Positions 19,157-30,145 are shown, counted from the stretch's first letter. The stretch is DNA of 64,000 bases from Myxococcota bacterium (GCA_965250285.1 OZ252299.1:5664001-5728000), one strand, 5' to 3'. Program-made: numbers and translations. The notes: a model not told the origin generated them from the sequence alone.

Positions 19157-21986
19157 TGCGGCGACGCGCGACGAGCGGCTTGAGATAGCGGCCGGTGTGG
19201 GTGCCCTTCATGCGGGCCACCTGCTCGGGCGTGCCGGTCGCGACGATGCGTCCGCCATCTGGACCGCCGTCGGGACCGAGGTCGATCACCCAGTCGGCCG
19301 TCTTGATCACGTCGAGGTTGTGCTCGATCACGACGATCGTGTTGCCCGCTTCGACGAGCTCGTTCAGCACGGCGAGCAGCTTGCGCACGTCTTCGAAGTG
19401 CAGGCCGGTCGTCGGCTCGTCGAGGATGTACAGCGTGCGACCGGTGGCGCGCTTCGCGAGCTCGCGCGCGAGCTTGATGCGCTGAGCCTCGCCCCCCGAG
19501 AGCGTGGGCGAGGGCTGGCCGAGGTGCACGTAGTCGAGGCCGACGCGCTCGAGCAGGCGCAAGGGGCCTGCGATCTTCGGGTGGCTCTCGAACAGTTCGA
19601 GAGCCTCACGGACGGTCATCTCGAGCACGTCGGCGATCGAGTGGCCCTTGTACTGGATCGCGAGCGTGGCCTCGTTGAAGCGTCGCCCTTCGCACTCCTC
19701 GCACTTGACGAACACGTCGGCGAGAAAGTGCATCTCGATCTTGCGCACGCCGTCGCCCTCGCAGGCCTCGCAGCGACCGCCCTTCACGTTGAACGAGAAG
19801 CGGCCGGGCTTGTACCCGGCCACGCGCGCATCGGGCAACAGCGCGAAGAAGCTGCGGATCTCGTCGAACACCTTGATGTAGGTGGCGGGATTGCTGCGCG
19901 GCGTGCGGCCGATGGGCTTCTGATCGATGTCGATCACTTTGTCGAGCTGCCCGACGCCCGCGAGCCGCTTGTGGGCGCCCACTCGCTGGGTGCTCTCGGC
20001 GATGAGCTCCTTCGCCACGGCGGGGTAGACGATGTCGTTCACGAGCGTCGACTTGCCGGCACCCGAGACGCCCGTGACCGCCGTCAGGACGCCGAGCGGG
20101 ATCTCGATGTCGACGTTCTTCAGGTTGTTCTCGGTGGCGCCCTGCACCTTGAGTGCGCCGGTCGACGTGCGGCGCTCGCCGGGCACCTCGATCTCGCGTC
20201 GCCCCGACAGATACTGGCCCGTGAGGCTCTGCTTGCTGCGCTCGAGCTGCTTGGGCGTGCCATCGAAGACGATGTGGCCGCCCTGGATGCCGGCGCCCGG
20301 TCCGAAGTCGATCACGTGATCGGCGGCTCGAATCGTCTCTTCGTCGTGTTCGACGACGACGACCGTGTTGCCGATGTCACGCATGCGCTCGAGGGTCTCG
20401 AGCAATCGCTGGTTGTCGCGCTGGTGAAGGCCGATCGACGGTTCATCGAGGATGTAGATCACGCCGGTGAGCTCGCTGCCCACCTGACTCGCGAGTCGAA
20501 TTCGCTGGCTCTCGCCGCCCGAGAGCGTCGGGCCGGCGCGGTCGAGTGAGAGGTAGCCCAGACCGACGGCGCCGAGGAAGTCGAGGCGCGAGCGAATCTC
20601 CTTGAGCACCTCGGTGGCGATCTTGCGCGCCGCCCCCGTGAGCTTGAGACCGCCAAAGAAGCCGCGGGCGTCCTCGACGGTCATGGCCGACACGTCGACG
20701 AGGCTCTTCGATCCGATCAAGACCGAGGCGCTCTCGGTGCGCATCCGGCTGCCGCCGCAGGTGCTGCACTTCGTGTTCGCGATGAACTGCGAGTACCAGC
20801 GCTTCATCGACTCGCTCTTCGTATCCTTGAAGCGCCGCATCAGCCGGGGGATCACGCCCTCCCAACTCATGTCGAACTCACCGCGGCCGCTGCGGTTCTT
20901 CCAGCCGATCTTGAACTTTCGCTCACCCGACCCGAAGAGCAGCATGTCGCGCTTCGACTTCGGGATCTTCGACCACGCCTTGTGGGGATCGATCTTGAGC
21001 TGCTCGAGGATCTGCCGGCGCATACTCGCGCCCCAGCCCGTCTTCTCGCTGGTGTTCTCGCCCCAAGGCTTGACCGCGCCCGACTCGATCGACAGTGCGG
21101 CGTCGGGCACGATCAGCTCGGGGTCGAACTCGAAGCGCGTGCCCAGGCCGTTGCAGTCGGGGCACATGCCCTGGGGCGAGTTGAACGAAAATGCCTGGGG
21201 CGTGAGCTCGGGAAACGAGATCCCACAGTGGGTGCAGGCCGCGGCCTCGGTGAACGTCTGGTCTTCACCGTCGATGTGCGCGAGCAGGCTGCCCTTGCCG
21301 ATGCGCAGCGCGGTCTCGACCGACTCGGTGAGCCGTCGGCCGATGCCCGTGCGCACGACGATGCGATCGATCACGGCCTCGACGGTGTGCTTCTTGCGCT
21401 TGTCGAGCGCCTCGACGTCTTCGATCTCAACGATGTCGCCGTCGATGCGCAGCCGCACGTGTCCGGCGTGCCGCGCGTCGGCCAGCAACTCGCGGTGCTC
21501 GCCCTTGCGATTGACGAGCAGCGGCGCGAGCAGGATCACGCGCGTGCCGTCGCCGTTGCCCTGGAGCGTCTTGGCGATCTGCTGAGCGGTCTGCGCCTGC
21601 ACCTTGCGGCCACACTGATGACAGTGCTGCACGCCGACCCGCGCGTAGAGTACGCGCAGGTAGTCGGCGATCTCGGTGATGGTGCCGACGGTCGACCGTG
21701 GGTTGTTCGACGCGGTCTTCTGCTCGATCGAGATCGTGGGCGACAGGCCGCGAATCGTGTCGTAGCGCGGCTTCTCCATCTGGCCGAGGAACTGGCGGGC
21801 GTAGGCCGACAGGCTCTCGACGTAGCGGCGTTGCCCCTCGGCGTAGAGGGTGTCGAAGGCGAGCGACGATTTGCCCGAGCCCGAGACCCCGCACAGCACG
21901 ACGAGCTTCTTCTTGGGGATCTTCACTTCGACGTCGGCGAGGTTGTGCTCGCGGGCGCCCTTGATGTGGATGTGATCGAGCTCCAT
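19149..21986 (-). CDS. uvrA: Excinuclease ABC subunit A
   Basis: [21 protein letters not shown], zinc fingers, two LSGGE signatures, LDEP Walker B motifs. Confidence 0.98.
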   Translation of the reverse strand: MELDHIHIKGAREHNLADVEVKIPKKKLVVLCGVSGSGKSSLAFDTLYAEGQRRYVESLSAYARQFLGQMEKPRYDTIRGLSPTISIEQKTASNNPRSTVGTITEIADYLRVLYARVGVQHCHQCGRKVQAQTAQQIAKTLQGNGDGTRVILLAPLLVNRKGEHRELLADARHAGHVRLRIDGDIVEIEDVEALDKRKKHTVEAVIDRIVVRTGIGRRLTESVETALRIGKGSLLAHIDGEDQTFTEAAACTHCGISFPELTPQAFSFNSPQGMCPDCNGLGTRFEFDPELIVPDAALSIESGAVKPWGENTSEKTGWGASMRRQILEQLKIDPHKAWSKIPKSKRDMLLFGSGERKFKIGWKNRSGRGEFDMSWEGVIPRLMRRFKDTKSESMKRWYSQFIANTKCSTCGGSRMRTESASVLIGSKSLVDVSAMTVEDARGFFGGLKLTGAARKIATEVLKEIRSRLDFLGAVGLGYLSLDRAGPTLSGGESQRIRLASQVGSELTGVIYILDEPSIGLHQRDNQRLLETLERMRDIGNTVVVVEHDEETIRAADHVIDFGPGAGIQGGHIVFDGTPKQLERSKQSLTGQYLSGRREIEVPGERRTSTGALKVQGATENNLKNVDIEIPLGVLTAVTGVSGAGKSTLVNDIVYPAVAKELIAESTQRVGAHKRLAGVGQLDKVIDIDQKPIGRTPRSNPATYIKVFDEIRSFFALLPDARVAGYKPGRFSFNVKGGRCEACEGDGVRKIEMHFLADVFVKCEECEGRRFNEATLAIQYKGHSIADVLEMTVREALELFESHPKIAGPLRLLERVGLDYVHLGQPSPTLSGGEAQRIKLARELAKRATGRTLYILDEPTTGLHFEDVRKLLAVLNELVEAGNTIVVIEHNLDVIKTADWVIDLGPDGGPDGGRIVATGTPEQVARMKGTHTGRYLKPLVARRRKR

Positions 21987-22204
21987 GGCATCGAGAGTAG
22001 CGAGGGCGTCAAGGGGCGGGGCGCTCGTCGGCCGTCTGGTGACACGCCCGGGCAGTGGACCGACGCGGTCGTGTGCATCGACGTCGGGCCATCGGCGGCC
22101 CGATCTCGACGGGGCGCGCACGTCACCCCCGGAGGCGGGCCGGGATCTCCTATGCTCCGACTCCGCCCATCCGTCACCCGCTGCCGCCGAGGGAGACCGA
22201 ACCA

Positions 22205-23458
22205 TTGGACGAGATCCAGCGCTGGATCGCCGAGATTCTGAGCCCGCTCGCCGCGCAGCTGGGGCCGATCTCCCTGCTGCTCGTGGCTTCGGCGGTCGTC
22301 TACCTCGCGACCCGCATCTGGCTGGTGCGCGCGGTGCGTCGCCTGACGCGCATGACCTCGACGACCTGGGACGACGCGCTCGTCGAGCAGAGGGTCTTCC
22401 TGCGGCTCGCGCACGTCGCGCCCGCCTGGGTCATCTACTACTGGCTCCCGACCATCGACAACCTGCCCGAGGAGTTCGTCGCCCTCGTCGAGCGGTTCAT
22501 GGTCGCCGCGATGGTCGTCATCGTGATCACGACGATTTCAGCGCTCCTCGACGTCACCAACGAGATCTATAGCCGAAACCCCGAGTACCGAAGGCGCCCG
22601 ATCAAGGGCTACGTCCAGCTCGCGAACATCTTCCTCTACGCGCTGGCGGCGATCTCGGTCGTCTCGATCCTGCTGAACAAGTCGCCGCTGGTCTTCATCT
22701 CGGGCATCGGTGCGATGACCGCGGTGCTGCTGCTGATCTTCAAGGACACGATCCTCTCGCTCGTGGCCAGCGTGCAGATCGCGACCAACGACATGATCCA
22801 CGTGGGCGACTGGGTCGAGATGCCGCAGTGCGGTGCCGACGGGGACGTCATCGACATCGCCCTGCACACCGTCAAGATCCAGAACTGGGACAAGACGATC
22901 ACGACCGTCCCTACCCACCGATTCATCGAGGAGGGGTTCAAGAACTGGCGGGGCATGTCGAAATCGGGCGGGCGCCGCATCAAGCGCGCCGTGCAGATCG
23001 ACATCTCGTCGATCCGATTCCTCGAGAAGGACGAGATCGATCGATTCGAGAAGTGGTCGCAGCTGCGCGACTACATCGCCGAGAAGAAGCGCGAGCTGGC
23101 CGAGCACAACGCGGACCTCGAGGACGGGGGCACCCCGAAGGCCGATCTGCGGCTGCTCACCAACGTCGGCACGTTCCGCGCCTACGTCTTCAACTTTCTG
23201 AAGCACCACCCCAAGATTCACGATCACGGCTTCACGCTGATCGTCCGCCAGCTGGAGCCCGGCGCCCAGGGCCTGCCGATCGAGCTGTATTGCTTCAGCA
23301 ACGATCAGGACTGGGAGCGCTACGAAGGCATCCAGAGCGACATCTTCGACCACATCCTGGCGATCCTGCCCGAGTTCGGGCTGCGCGCCTACCAGGCCCC
23401 GACCGGGGCCGACTTCGCCGCGCTCGCCGGCCGTATGGGAGGCGCCGGGCATGGCTGA
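22205..23458 (+). CDS. Small-conductance mechanosensitive channel (MscS family, YbdG/MscM-like)
   Basis: TTG start after GGGAGA; FKDTILSLVAS, GDWVEMP..GADGDV, VKIQNWDKT, NWRGM..SGGRRIKR. Confidence 0.92.
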   Translation: MDEIQRWIAEILSPLAAQLGPISLLLVASAVVYLATRIWLVRAVRRLTRMTSTTWDDALVEQRVFLRLAHVAPAWVIYYWLPTIDNLPEEFVALVERFMVAAMVVIVITTISALLDVTNEIYSRNPEYRRRPIKGYVQLANIFLYALAAISVVSILLNKSPLVFISGIGAMTAVLLLIFKDTILSLVASVQIATNDMIHVGDWVEMPQCGADGDVIDIALHTVKIQNWDKTITTVPTHRFIEEGFKNWRGMSKSGGRRIKRAVQIDISSIRFLEKDEIDRFEKWSQLRDYIAEKKRELAEHNADLEDGGTPKADLRLLTNVGTFRAYVFNFLKHHPKIHDHGFTLIVRQLEPGAQGLPIELYCFSNDQDWERYEGIQSDIFDHILAILPEFGLRAYQAPTGADFAALAGRMGGAGHG

Positions 23459-24194
23459 GCTCGACCTCACGGGCAAGGTGGCCGTCGTGACCGGCGCCAG
23501 CCGCGGCATCGGCGCCGATCTGGCCCGGCGATTCCACGCGCGCGGTCTCTCCCTCGGCGTCTGCGCGCGCTCGCAGCCGGTGCTCGAGGACAACGATCAC
23601 GTGGTCTCGCGCTCGGTCGACGTCACTGACGAGACGGCCTTCACACGTTTCGCCGAAGAGGTGGCCGCGCGCTTCGGCGCCATCGACCTGTGGGTGAACA
23701 ACGCGGGCGTGCTCGCGCCGATCAAACCCCTGCGCGACATCGACGCCGCGGCCTTTCGTGCGCATGTCGACGTCAACCTGACCGGCGTCTTCATCGGCGC
23801 ACGGCTCTACGCCCAGCACGTCCGTTCGCGCGCGGGGGGCGGTGTGCTGATCAACGTCTCGTCGGGCGCTGCGGTGAATCCGTACGAAGGCTGGGGACCG
23901 TACTGCGCGGGCAAGGCCAGCCTCGAGATGCTGACCCGGGTGCTCGCCATGGAGGAGCGCGCCGCCGGGCTGCGCGCCCACGCGGTCGCGCCCGGCGTCG
24001 TCGACACCGACATGCAGACGCAGATTCGGGAGAGCACGCAGGCGAACTTTCCGCGCGTCGAGCGCTTTCGGCAGCGCAAGCGCGAGGGCGCGTTCAACAC
24101 CGGGCGCTACGTCGCCGACGAGCTGCTCGCGATCGCGTTCGACCCGGCCCGGGAAACCGACGACGTCCCGCTGCGGCTCGAGGACGAGTACTGA
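23451..24194 (+). CDS. Short-chain dehydrogenase/reductase
   Basis: TGASRGIG, NNAG, YCAGK, PGVVDT.MQ. Confidence 0.9.
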   Translation: MAELDLTGKVAVVTGASRGIGADLARRFHARGLSLGVCARSQPVLEDNDHVVSRSVDVTDETAFTRFAEEVAARFGAIDLWVNNAGVLAPIKPLRDIDAAAFRAHVDVNLTGVFIGARLYAQHVRSRAGGGVLINVSSGAAVNPYEGWGPYCAGKASLEMLTRVLAMEERAAGLRAHAVAPGVVDTDMQTQIRESTQANFPRVERFRQRKREGAFNTGRYVADELLAIAFDPARETDDVPLRLEDEY

Positions 24195-24409
24195 CGCGCG
24201 GTCGTTCGGTGCTCGATTCGAGCGCCGCCCCATGGATCGGGCTCGAAACGAAGACGCGCCCCACGGGAAGCCCGGGGGCGCGTTCTCGAATGGTCGGACC
24301 GGGCGGCGGCTTCGGTGAGGCGCCTGCGGCGTGCTTCGCCGGTCCGGCCGCCGATGCCCCTGGGCCCACCGGCCCGATCAGCCGGAGGCGCGAGGGCTTC
24401 GGTGCTGGC

Positions 24410-24598
24410 TCACGGCACGTCGCGGTCGAGTACGGTCTTGCGTCCGTCGCTGCGCGCGCTCTCGATGGCCTCGTTGCACATCGTTCGGATGCGATCGGAC
24501 AGCGCGCCGAGCACCGACGCGGACGTCTTCATGTCGCCCTGCTCCTTGATGTACGCCTTCACCTTCGATGCGACCACGATCACTTCTGAATCGGCCAT
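24410..24598 (-). CDS. Bacterial histone-fold protein (Bd0055-like), 62 aa
   Basis: MADSEVIVVASKVKAYIKEQGDMKTSASVLGALSDRIRTMCNEAIESARSDGRKTVLDRDVP; G-rich RBS upstream; RKTVxxxD histone clamp; 3' part of ORF 24410..24862. Confidence 0.88.
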   Translation of the reverse strand: MADSEVIVVASKVKAYIKEQGDMKTSASVLGALSDRIRTMCNEAIESARSDGRKTVLDRDVP

Positions 24599-24929
24599 TC
24601 GGTCGAACCCCCCTATCGTGTTCGATCGGGCTCGCACCCGATCGGCTGACCAGACCAGGGATCGCGCCCCGGCCGGGTGACGCCTCAGCGAACGCGCAGG
24701 CTCGCACCGGCGATCCTGCGCGTGCGCGGCACGGCCGTGCAGATCACGGCCCGCCCGCCCCCGCTCCAGACCCGTCTCGCACCCGCCTCTTCGCTTTGGC
24801 CGCTCGCAGGCCGCTTGGAGACCAGGAGATCGAGGCCCTGCTGGAGCGGGCTCTCGTCCCATGAGAATGCACTAGATCGCCCGAAACGCAATCGAGAAGG
24901 GTTTCACGGTGACACGAGAGTGCGGCAGA

Positions 24930-26207
24930 ATGGGGCAGATGCCCCACGATCAAGTCGAGAATCATCGGGTCGGAGACGCATCGGCGTCGGTCACGCTCTG
25001 CGGCGCGACGGTGTGGGACGGCGTCGGCGACCGGCCCACCCCCGAACCCCGCCGGGTGCGGGTCGAGCAGGGCCGCATCGCGGCCGTCGAGGCCGAGTCG
25101 CACGCGCCCGGCGGAGCGAGCCCGGGCGACGGCGAGACCGTCGACCTCGGTGGCTTGTTTCTGATGCCCGGGCTGATCGACGCGCACGTGCATCTGGGCC
25201 TCGACCCGACGATCCGCACTCCCGACGAACAGCTCGCGGTCGCCGAAACCGACCGACGGCTGCGCGCGATCGGTCGCGCGCGGGCGATGGCCGAGGCCGG
25301 CATCACCACGGCGCGCGATCTCGGCGGCGGCGACTACCTCGAGCTCGACCTGCGCGACGGCATCGCCGAAGGACGCGTCGTCGGCCCGCGCGTGCTGTGC
25401 GCCGGACAGCCGCTCACGCGACCCGACGGACACTGTCACTTCTGGGGCGGTGGCGCGGCCACACCCGAACAGGCCCGCACGGTGGTCGCCCGCCAGCTCG
25501 ACCGCGGTGTCGACTGGGTCAAGGTGATGGCGACGGGCGGTGTATTCACGAAGGGCACGAGTGTGCGCGATACCCAGTTCGATGCCGACGAACTCACGGC
25601 GGTCTGCGCTCAGGCCAAAGCCGCCGGCCGCTCGGTGGCGGCGCACTGCCATGGCACGGCGGGCATCCGCAATGCGGCGGTGGGCGGCGTGCGCACCATC
25701 GAACACTGCTCGTTCGTCGGCGACCAGGGCTTTGGCAGCGATCTCGACGCCGACGTCGTCGCCGAGATCGCGCGGGCGGGCGCGATCGTGTCGCCGACGA
25801 TGAACCTCGGTTGGGGACGTCGTCTCACCGACGCCGACGGTCGCGCGACCGACTTCTTCACGCGGATGTCCGCGGCCATGCGGGCCCTGCGCCAGGCCGG
25901 CGTGCCGCTGATCGCTTCGACGGACGCAGGGATCCCCGGTGTCGCCCACCACCGGCTGGCCGAGGGGCTGCTCGCCTTTCAGCGCTACGCGGCGTTCACA
26001 CCGGTCGAGCTGCTTCGAACGGCGACCAGCGGTGCCGCCGACGCGCTCGGGCTCGGCCGAGCAACGGGGCGGATCGCGCCCGGGCTTGCGGCCGACTGCA
26101 TCGCGGTGCGACGCGACCCAACGGTCGACCCGACGACGCTGCTCGATCCGGTCTTCGTCATGACGCGCGGGCGCATCGTGAAGCAGGCGACGCCGCAGGC
26201 GGCATGA
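24930..26207 (+). CDS. Amidohydrolase family metallo-hydrolase (Xaa-Pro dipeptidase-like)
   Basis: PGLIDAHVH, GITTARD, KVMATGG, AHCHG, IEH, STDAG, GRIAPGLAAD. Confidence 0.9.
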   Translation: MGQMPHDQVENHRVGDASASVTLCGATVWDGVGDRPTPEPRRVRVEQGRIAAVEAESHAPGGASPGDGETVDLGGLFLMPGLIDAHVHLGLDPTIRTPDEQLAVAETDRRLRAIGRARAMAEAGITTARDLGGGDYLELDLRDGIAEGRVVGPRVLCAGQPLTRPDGHCHFWGGGAATPEQARTVVARQLDRGVDWVKVMATGGVFTKGTSVRDTQFDADELTAVCAQAKAAGRSVAAHCHGTAGIRNAAVGGVRTIEHCSFVGDQGFGSDLDADVVAEIARAGAIVSPTMNLGWGRRLTDADGRATDFFTRMSAAMRALRQAGVPLIASTDAGIPGVAHHRLAEGLLAFQRYAAFTPVELLRTATSGAADALGLGRATGRIAPGLAADCIAVRRDPTVDPTTLLDPVFVMTRGRIVKQATPQAA

Positions 26208-26316
26208 CGCGCACGGCGCGGGCCGGGCGCCGCTCGGGCGCGCGCGCTCGGCGAGCCCGTGCAGGCGCCCGAATCACCCCTGAACGGATGCGCCGCGCAG
26301 GGCAGGCGCCGGCGAT

Positions 26317-26814
26317 TCAGCGCGCAGCCGCCGCGTGGGCGCCCCGCTCGATGTAGCGCCGCACGGGCAGCGCCAGGTCGGCCAGGTCGATCTGGTCGCG
26401 CCGGCGGAACCCGGCCCAGGCGATCTCCCGTTCGTCGGCGCGCGGCACCACGCGTTCGGCCTGATCGAGGGCCACGTCGAAGAAGTGCACGTGGTCGCGC
26501 CGGCCGAGGTACTCGACCTCGAACGCGTCCACGGGCACGAAGCGCGTCGCATCGAGATCGAGCCCGACCTCCTCGCGGGTTTCGCGACGAGCGGCCGCCT
26601 GGGGCGACTCGCCGCGGCCGATGCCGCCGCCGGGTAGAGTCAGGCCGCCCTTGTACGTATTGGTCACGAAGAGCCAGGCCTCGTTGGGTGAGCCGGCGTC
26701 GCGACGGATCACGGCGTAGGCGCCCGAGACGCTGGGGCGCGTCACGCGCCAGAACACGTGGGCGAAGGGGAAGGCGAGTCGCAGCGCCGATCGGTGGAGC
26801 AGGGCGGGGATCAC
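26317..26814 (-). CDS. NUDIX hydrolase
   Basis: Nudix box GGIGRGESPQAAARRETREEVG. Confidence 0.88.
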   Translation of the reverse strand: MIPALLHRSALRLAFPFAHVFWRVTRPSVSGAYAVIRRDAGSPNEAWLFVTNTYKGGLTLPGGGIGRGESPQAAARRETREEVGLDLDATRFVPVDAFEVEYLGRRDHVHFFDVALDQAERVVPRADEREIAWAGFRRRDQIDLADLALPVRRYIERGAHAAAAR

Positions 26815-26909
26815 GCGTGTCGCCCCCCTTGGTGCAGCTGTCGCTCGCGCTGCGTCGGGTGGTCGCTCATCGCCGCGCAGGTCGGCCGCGTTCGGCGCGG
26901 ACCGCTGGC

Positions 26910-27587
26910 TCAGCCGAACGCGGACATCGAGGCGAGCCGCTGCGTCACGAACGCGTCGATGGAATCACGGACGGCGTCGGACGTCGAGTCGAAGACGAGC
27001 CCGGCGCCTTCGCCGGTCCGCCCGACGCAGGATGCGCGCGCGTGCACGGGCTCGCTGCCGGGCAGGGCGAACTCGACGTTGATCTTCGTGCCCGGCTCGA
27101 TGCGCTCGTCGTCCCGCACATGGCAGCCGTGGATCGAGAGCGAGTCGAGCTGGGCGACGAATCGCTCACCGCCGTGGGCGATGCGCGCGACCAGCTCGGT
27201 CGGCACCCGCGGCGCGCCGCGCGGGGTCGACTCGAGGGCGCGCTGCAGCATGGGGTAGAGCAGGGAGAGCCGAACCGGGCGGAGCAGCTGGCCGACGATG
27301 CGCGGGTCGTCCTTGGGGCGCGGCTCGGCGCCCGTGACAACCACGATGGGCGTGTCGGGGTCGACGCTCGGCGGCGGAAGCCGCTCGAGGTGTCGATCGC
27401 CGACGAGCCGGATGCTCGGATCGAACGTCGGATCGTCGAAGCGGCCGACGAACGCAGCCTGAACGACGTCGTAGCCGAGGCCACCGAGGGCGGCGCGGGT
27501 CAGCCGGCTGAAGCTCTGCGGATCGACGTAGCTGGCGATGATTCCGCGTTCGGCGGTACGGTCGTCGTTGATCATGTCCGTTCTCAT
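26910..27587 (-). CDS. PilZ domain protein with degenerate receiver-like N-terminus
   Basis: RGAPR (RxxxR), SLSIHG, GAGLVF; start uncertain. Confidence 0.75.
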   Translation of the reverse strand: MRTDMINDDRTAERGIIASYVDPQSFSRLTRAALGGLGYDVVQAAFVGRFDDPTFDPSIRLVGDRHLERLPPPSVDPDTPIVVVTGAEPRPKDDPRIVGQLLRPVRLSLLYPMLQRALESTPRGAPRVPTELVARIAHGGERFVAQLDSLSIHGCHVRDDERIEPGTKINVEFALPGSEPVHARASCVGRTGEGAGLVFDSTSDAVRDSIDAFVTQRLASMSAFG

Positions 27588-27704
27588 CGGCCGGTTGCGG
27601 TCGAGCTTGACCTGCTTGCCGGTGCATTCCACGAATCTCGCTGGCCTTGCGAATATCGAGCAGGTGATCGAGGGCTTTTGCCCACGAGTCAGGAGGCGAA
27701 CGTC

Positions 27705-28658
27705 GTGAGTTCCGAAGCCGGGCCCGGGGCCGGACGCTGCGCCCCGTCGAGCACCGGTCCCGCTCATCCGGGCACGATGCTCGCTGCGCTGCTCGCCTGG
27801 CTCGATGCACGGAGTCGCGGCGACGCGATCCATCTGCGCCTCGAAGACCTCGACCCCGATCGCTGCAAGCCCGAGTACGCCGACCATCTTCTCGAAGCCT
27901 TCGCGTGGATGGGTCTCGAGTTCGATGGGGTGCGGCGGCAGAGCGAGTCGGCCCCGCTGCACGAGGCGGCCCTCGACCGGCTGGCGGCGATGGGGCGGCT
28001 CTACCCGTGCCGCTGCTCACGTTCAGAGCTGCGCCGCTCGGCCGACCGCGCCGCCGACGGCAGCTTCATCTATCCCGGCACGTGTCGCGGGCGGGCTCTG
28101 CCGACCCTCGAGTCGGGCGGCTGGCGCAGCGTCGACGAGCCGCTTCGTGTCGCGCTGCCGCCGGGCCGAATCGAGCCGGTCGATGAAGGCGGCCGTGATC
28201 TCGCCGCCGACCCGAGTGTCGGGTACGGCGATCCGATCGTGCGGCGACGCGACGGGGCCGTGGCCTACCAGCTCGCCGGGGTCGTCGACGACGCGGCGCT
28301 CGGGGTGACGCGCGTCGTCCGGGGGCACGACCTCGCTGCGAGCACGGCGACGCAGTGCGCGATCGCGTCGCTCCTCGATCTCGAGTGGCCGGTCTATCGA
28401 CACCATCTGCTGTTGCTCGAGCCGCACGGCGGCAAGCTCGCCAAGCTGCACGGCTCGGTCGGCTTCGACGCCGTGCGCGCGCACATGGACGGCGAGACCC
28501 TCGTCGGTCTGCTCGCCCACGCGCTCGGTCTGCTCGACCGCGCCGAGCCGGTGACGCCCGTATCTCTCGTCGATGCCTTCGACTGGGCGCGCGTGCGTCG
28601 CGAAGACCGCGCTGCAGTCTGGGATGCCGAGCGCGGGGTGCTCTCGTTCGGGGCCTAG
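27705..28658 (+). CDS. gluQ: Glutamyl-Q tRNA(Asp) synthetase-like (truncated GluRS catalytic domain)
   Basis: RCAPSSTGPAHPG, LRLEDLD, YPCRCSR..YPGTC, RRRDG..AYQLA.VVDD, VRG.DL, KLAK; no anticodon-binding domain. Confidence 0.8.
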   Translation: MSSEAGPGAGRCAPSSTGPAHPGTMLAALLAWLDARSRGDAIHLRLEDLDPDRCKPEYADHLLEAFAWMGLEFDGVRRQSESAPLHEAALDRLAAMGRLYPCRCSRSELRRSADRAADGSFIYPGTCRGRALPTLESGGWRSVDEPLRVALPPGRIEPVDEGGRDLAADPSVGYGDPIVRRRDGAVAYQLAGVVDDAALGVTRVVRGHDLAASTATQCAIASLLDLEWPVYRHHLLLLEPHGGKLAKLHGSVGFDAVRAHMDGETLVGLLAHALGLLDRAEPVTPVSLVDAFDWARVRREDRAAVWDAERGVLSFGA

Positions 28659-28685
28659 CGCGCGTCGTGCGGGCCCCGTGGCACC

Positions 28686-29039
28686 TCAGAGATAGCCGGT
28701 GACGTGTCCGCCGACGGCGAACGTCGCGCTCACCGCCCAGAGAACGATGACCGACCAACCGGCTGCGCCGAGGCGGCCATTGTTGCGGCGCGCGCGCACG
28801 ACCCACTCGGTCGTCATCATGGCCAGCAGGACCATCGCGATGATCGCGGTCGGTTTTCGATCGCGCACGGCGAGCAGCAGGCCCCAACCGATCATCGCCG
28901 ACAGGCCGATGAGGACGGACAGGACGGTCGGGCGCAGGCCCTCGTCTTCGACGACGGGCCGGAAGTAGCGTTCGAGCTTGCTCTCTTGAGCGTCGGCCGG
29001 GGGATCGCCAATCGGTTCGCTTCGATTCGGATCGTTCAT
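28686..29039 (-). CDS. Hypothetical membrane protein (3 TM)
   Basis: Three hydrophobic segments, host-like codon usage. Confidence 0.65.
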   Translation of the reverse strand: MNDPNRSEPIGDPPADAQESKLERYFRPVVEDEGLRPTVLSVLIGLSAMIGWGLLLAVRDRKPTAIIAMVLLAMMTTEWVVRARRNNGRLGAAGWSVIVLWAVSATFAVGGHVTGYL

Positions 29040-29152
29040 GGGCGAGGGGGGACTCCCGATGGGCGCAGGTCACATGATCGCGCACGCGGGGCCTGCCTGC
29101 GACGCAACGGAACGCACGTGAATCTGGACAACGAGTCGCGTGGGCGAAGCGC

Positions 29153-29977
29153 TCAGGCGTCGGGCGGTGCACCGCCGACCAGGATCGGAAACTGTCGATC
29201 CGGCGCGTCGCAGACCTCGCCCGGGCCTTCGGAGCCATCGGGAGGGAGCACGCGCGCGCCATCGGGGGCGTACTGCACGATGTACGCCTTTCGGACACCG
29301 TCCGTGAGGTTCGGACCCGTCGCGTGCGGTGTCAGCGACGAGAAGACGACGATGCCGCCCTTGCGAACCGGGGCGGCGACCGACCGCTGCGCGTCGTCGT
29401 CGACGCAGACGAACCCGAGCGGCCCGAGCTCATGGGCCAGCGTGCCGCGCCGGTGCAGCCCGGGCATGACATGGGGGCAGCCGTTGTCTTCGTCGGCGTC
29501 GGTGAGGGCGACCCAGCACGTCAGGTACTGCTGGGGCTCGACGTACGTGTAGCCGTTGTCCTGATGCCACGGGAAGGGCTCGCGTGCGCCCGGCTTCTTG
29601 TACACCGCTTGATCCCAGTACAGGCGGACATCCGGCCCGATCAGGTCGTGGGCGAGTTCGCGAAACACCGGGCCCGAGACGAAGCTGCGCAGCAGCGGCG
29701 ACTTCGCCACGAGATGGGTGCTGAACGTGATCTCACCCGAGCGGGCGATGAAGAGGCGTCCCTCTTTCTGGGTCTTCAGAAATGCCTCGACCTTCTCTTC
29801 CCACGGATCGATCTCGGCGGTCACCGCGTCGATCTCGCTCGCGTCGAAGGCGTCCTCGAGCACGAAGTAGCCGTGCTCGGTCCAGCTGCGGGCCTGCGCG
29901 TCGGTGATGCGTCGATAGGGCGCCACCGGCGCGTGCCACTCGAACGATGCGTTGCGGGGATGCGGGGTCGGCTGCAT
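29153..29977 (-). CDS. Phytanoyl-CoA dioxygenase (PhyH) family Fe(II)/2OG oxygenase
   Basis: GY..L, KKPG..FPWHQD, WVALTDA..NGC, PHATGPN..R. Confidence 0.9.
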   Translation of the reverse strand: MQPTPHPRNASFEWHAPVAPYRRITDAQARSWTEHGYFVLEDAFDASEIDAVTAEIDPWEEKVEAFLKTQKEGRLFIARSGEITFSTHLVAKSPLLRSFVSGPVFRELAHDLIGPDVRLYWDQAVYKKPGAREPFPWHQDNGYTYVEPQQYLTCWVALTDADEDNGCPHVMPGLHRRGTLAHELGPLGFVCVDDDAQRSVAAPVRKGGIVVFSSLTPHATGPNLTDGVRKAYIVQYAPDGARVLPPDGSEGPGEVCDAPDRQFPILVGGAPPDA

Positions 29978-30145
29978 GACGCAGCCGATGGTAGGCCGCC
30001 GCCCTCGCCGAGGCCCGCGCGCGATCGGCCTGCGCATGGGCTGCCGCGGCGTTGCGCGTCATGCGCGACCGGCGGGTCGGCCGCGCGACGCCTGGCTGTG
30101 TGACTCAAGGCACTCGAGCGCGATTCCGATGCGCTGACGTGAACG

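Noticed and set aside
26259..27704. N-terminal ~480 aa of the 799-aa ORF ending in gluQ
   Set aside because: Overlaps the NUDIX and PilZ genes antisense; Arg-rich nonsense; the real gene starts near 27705.
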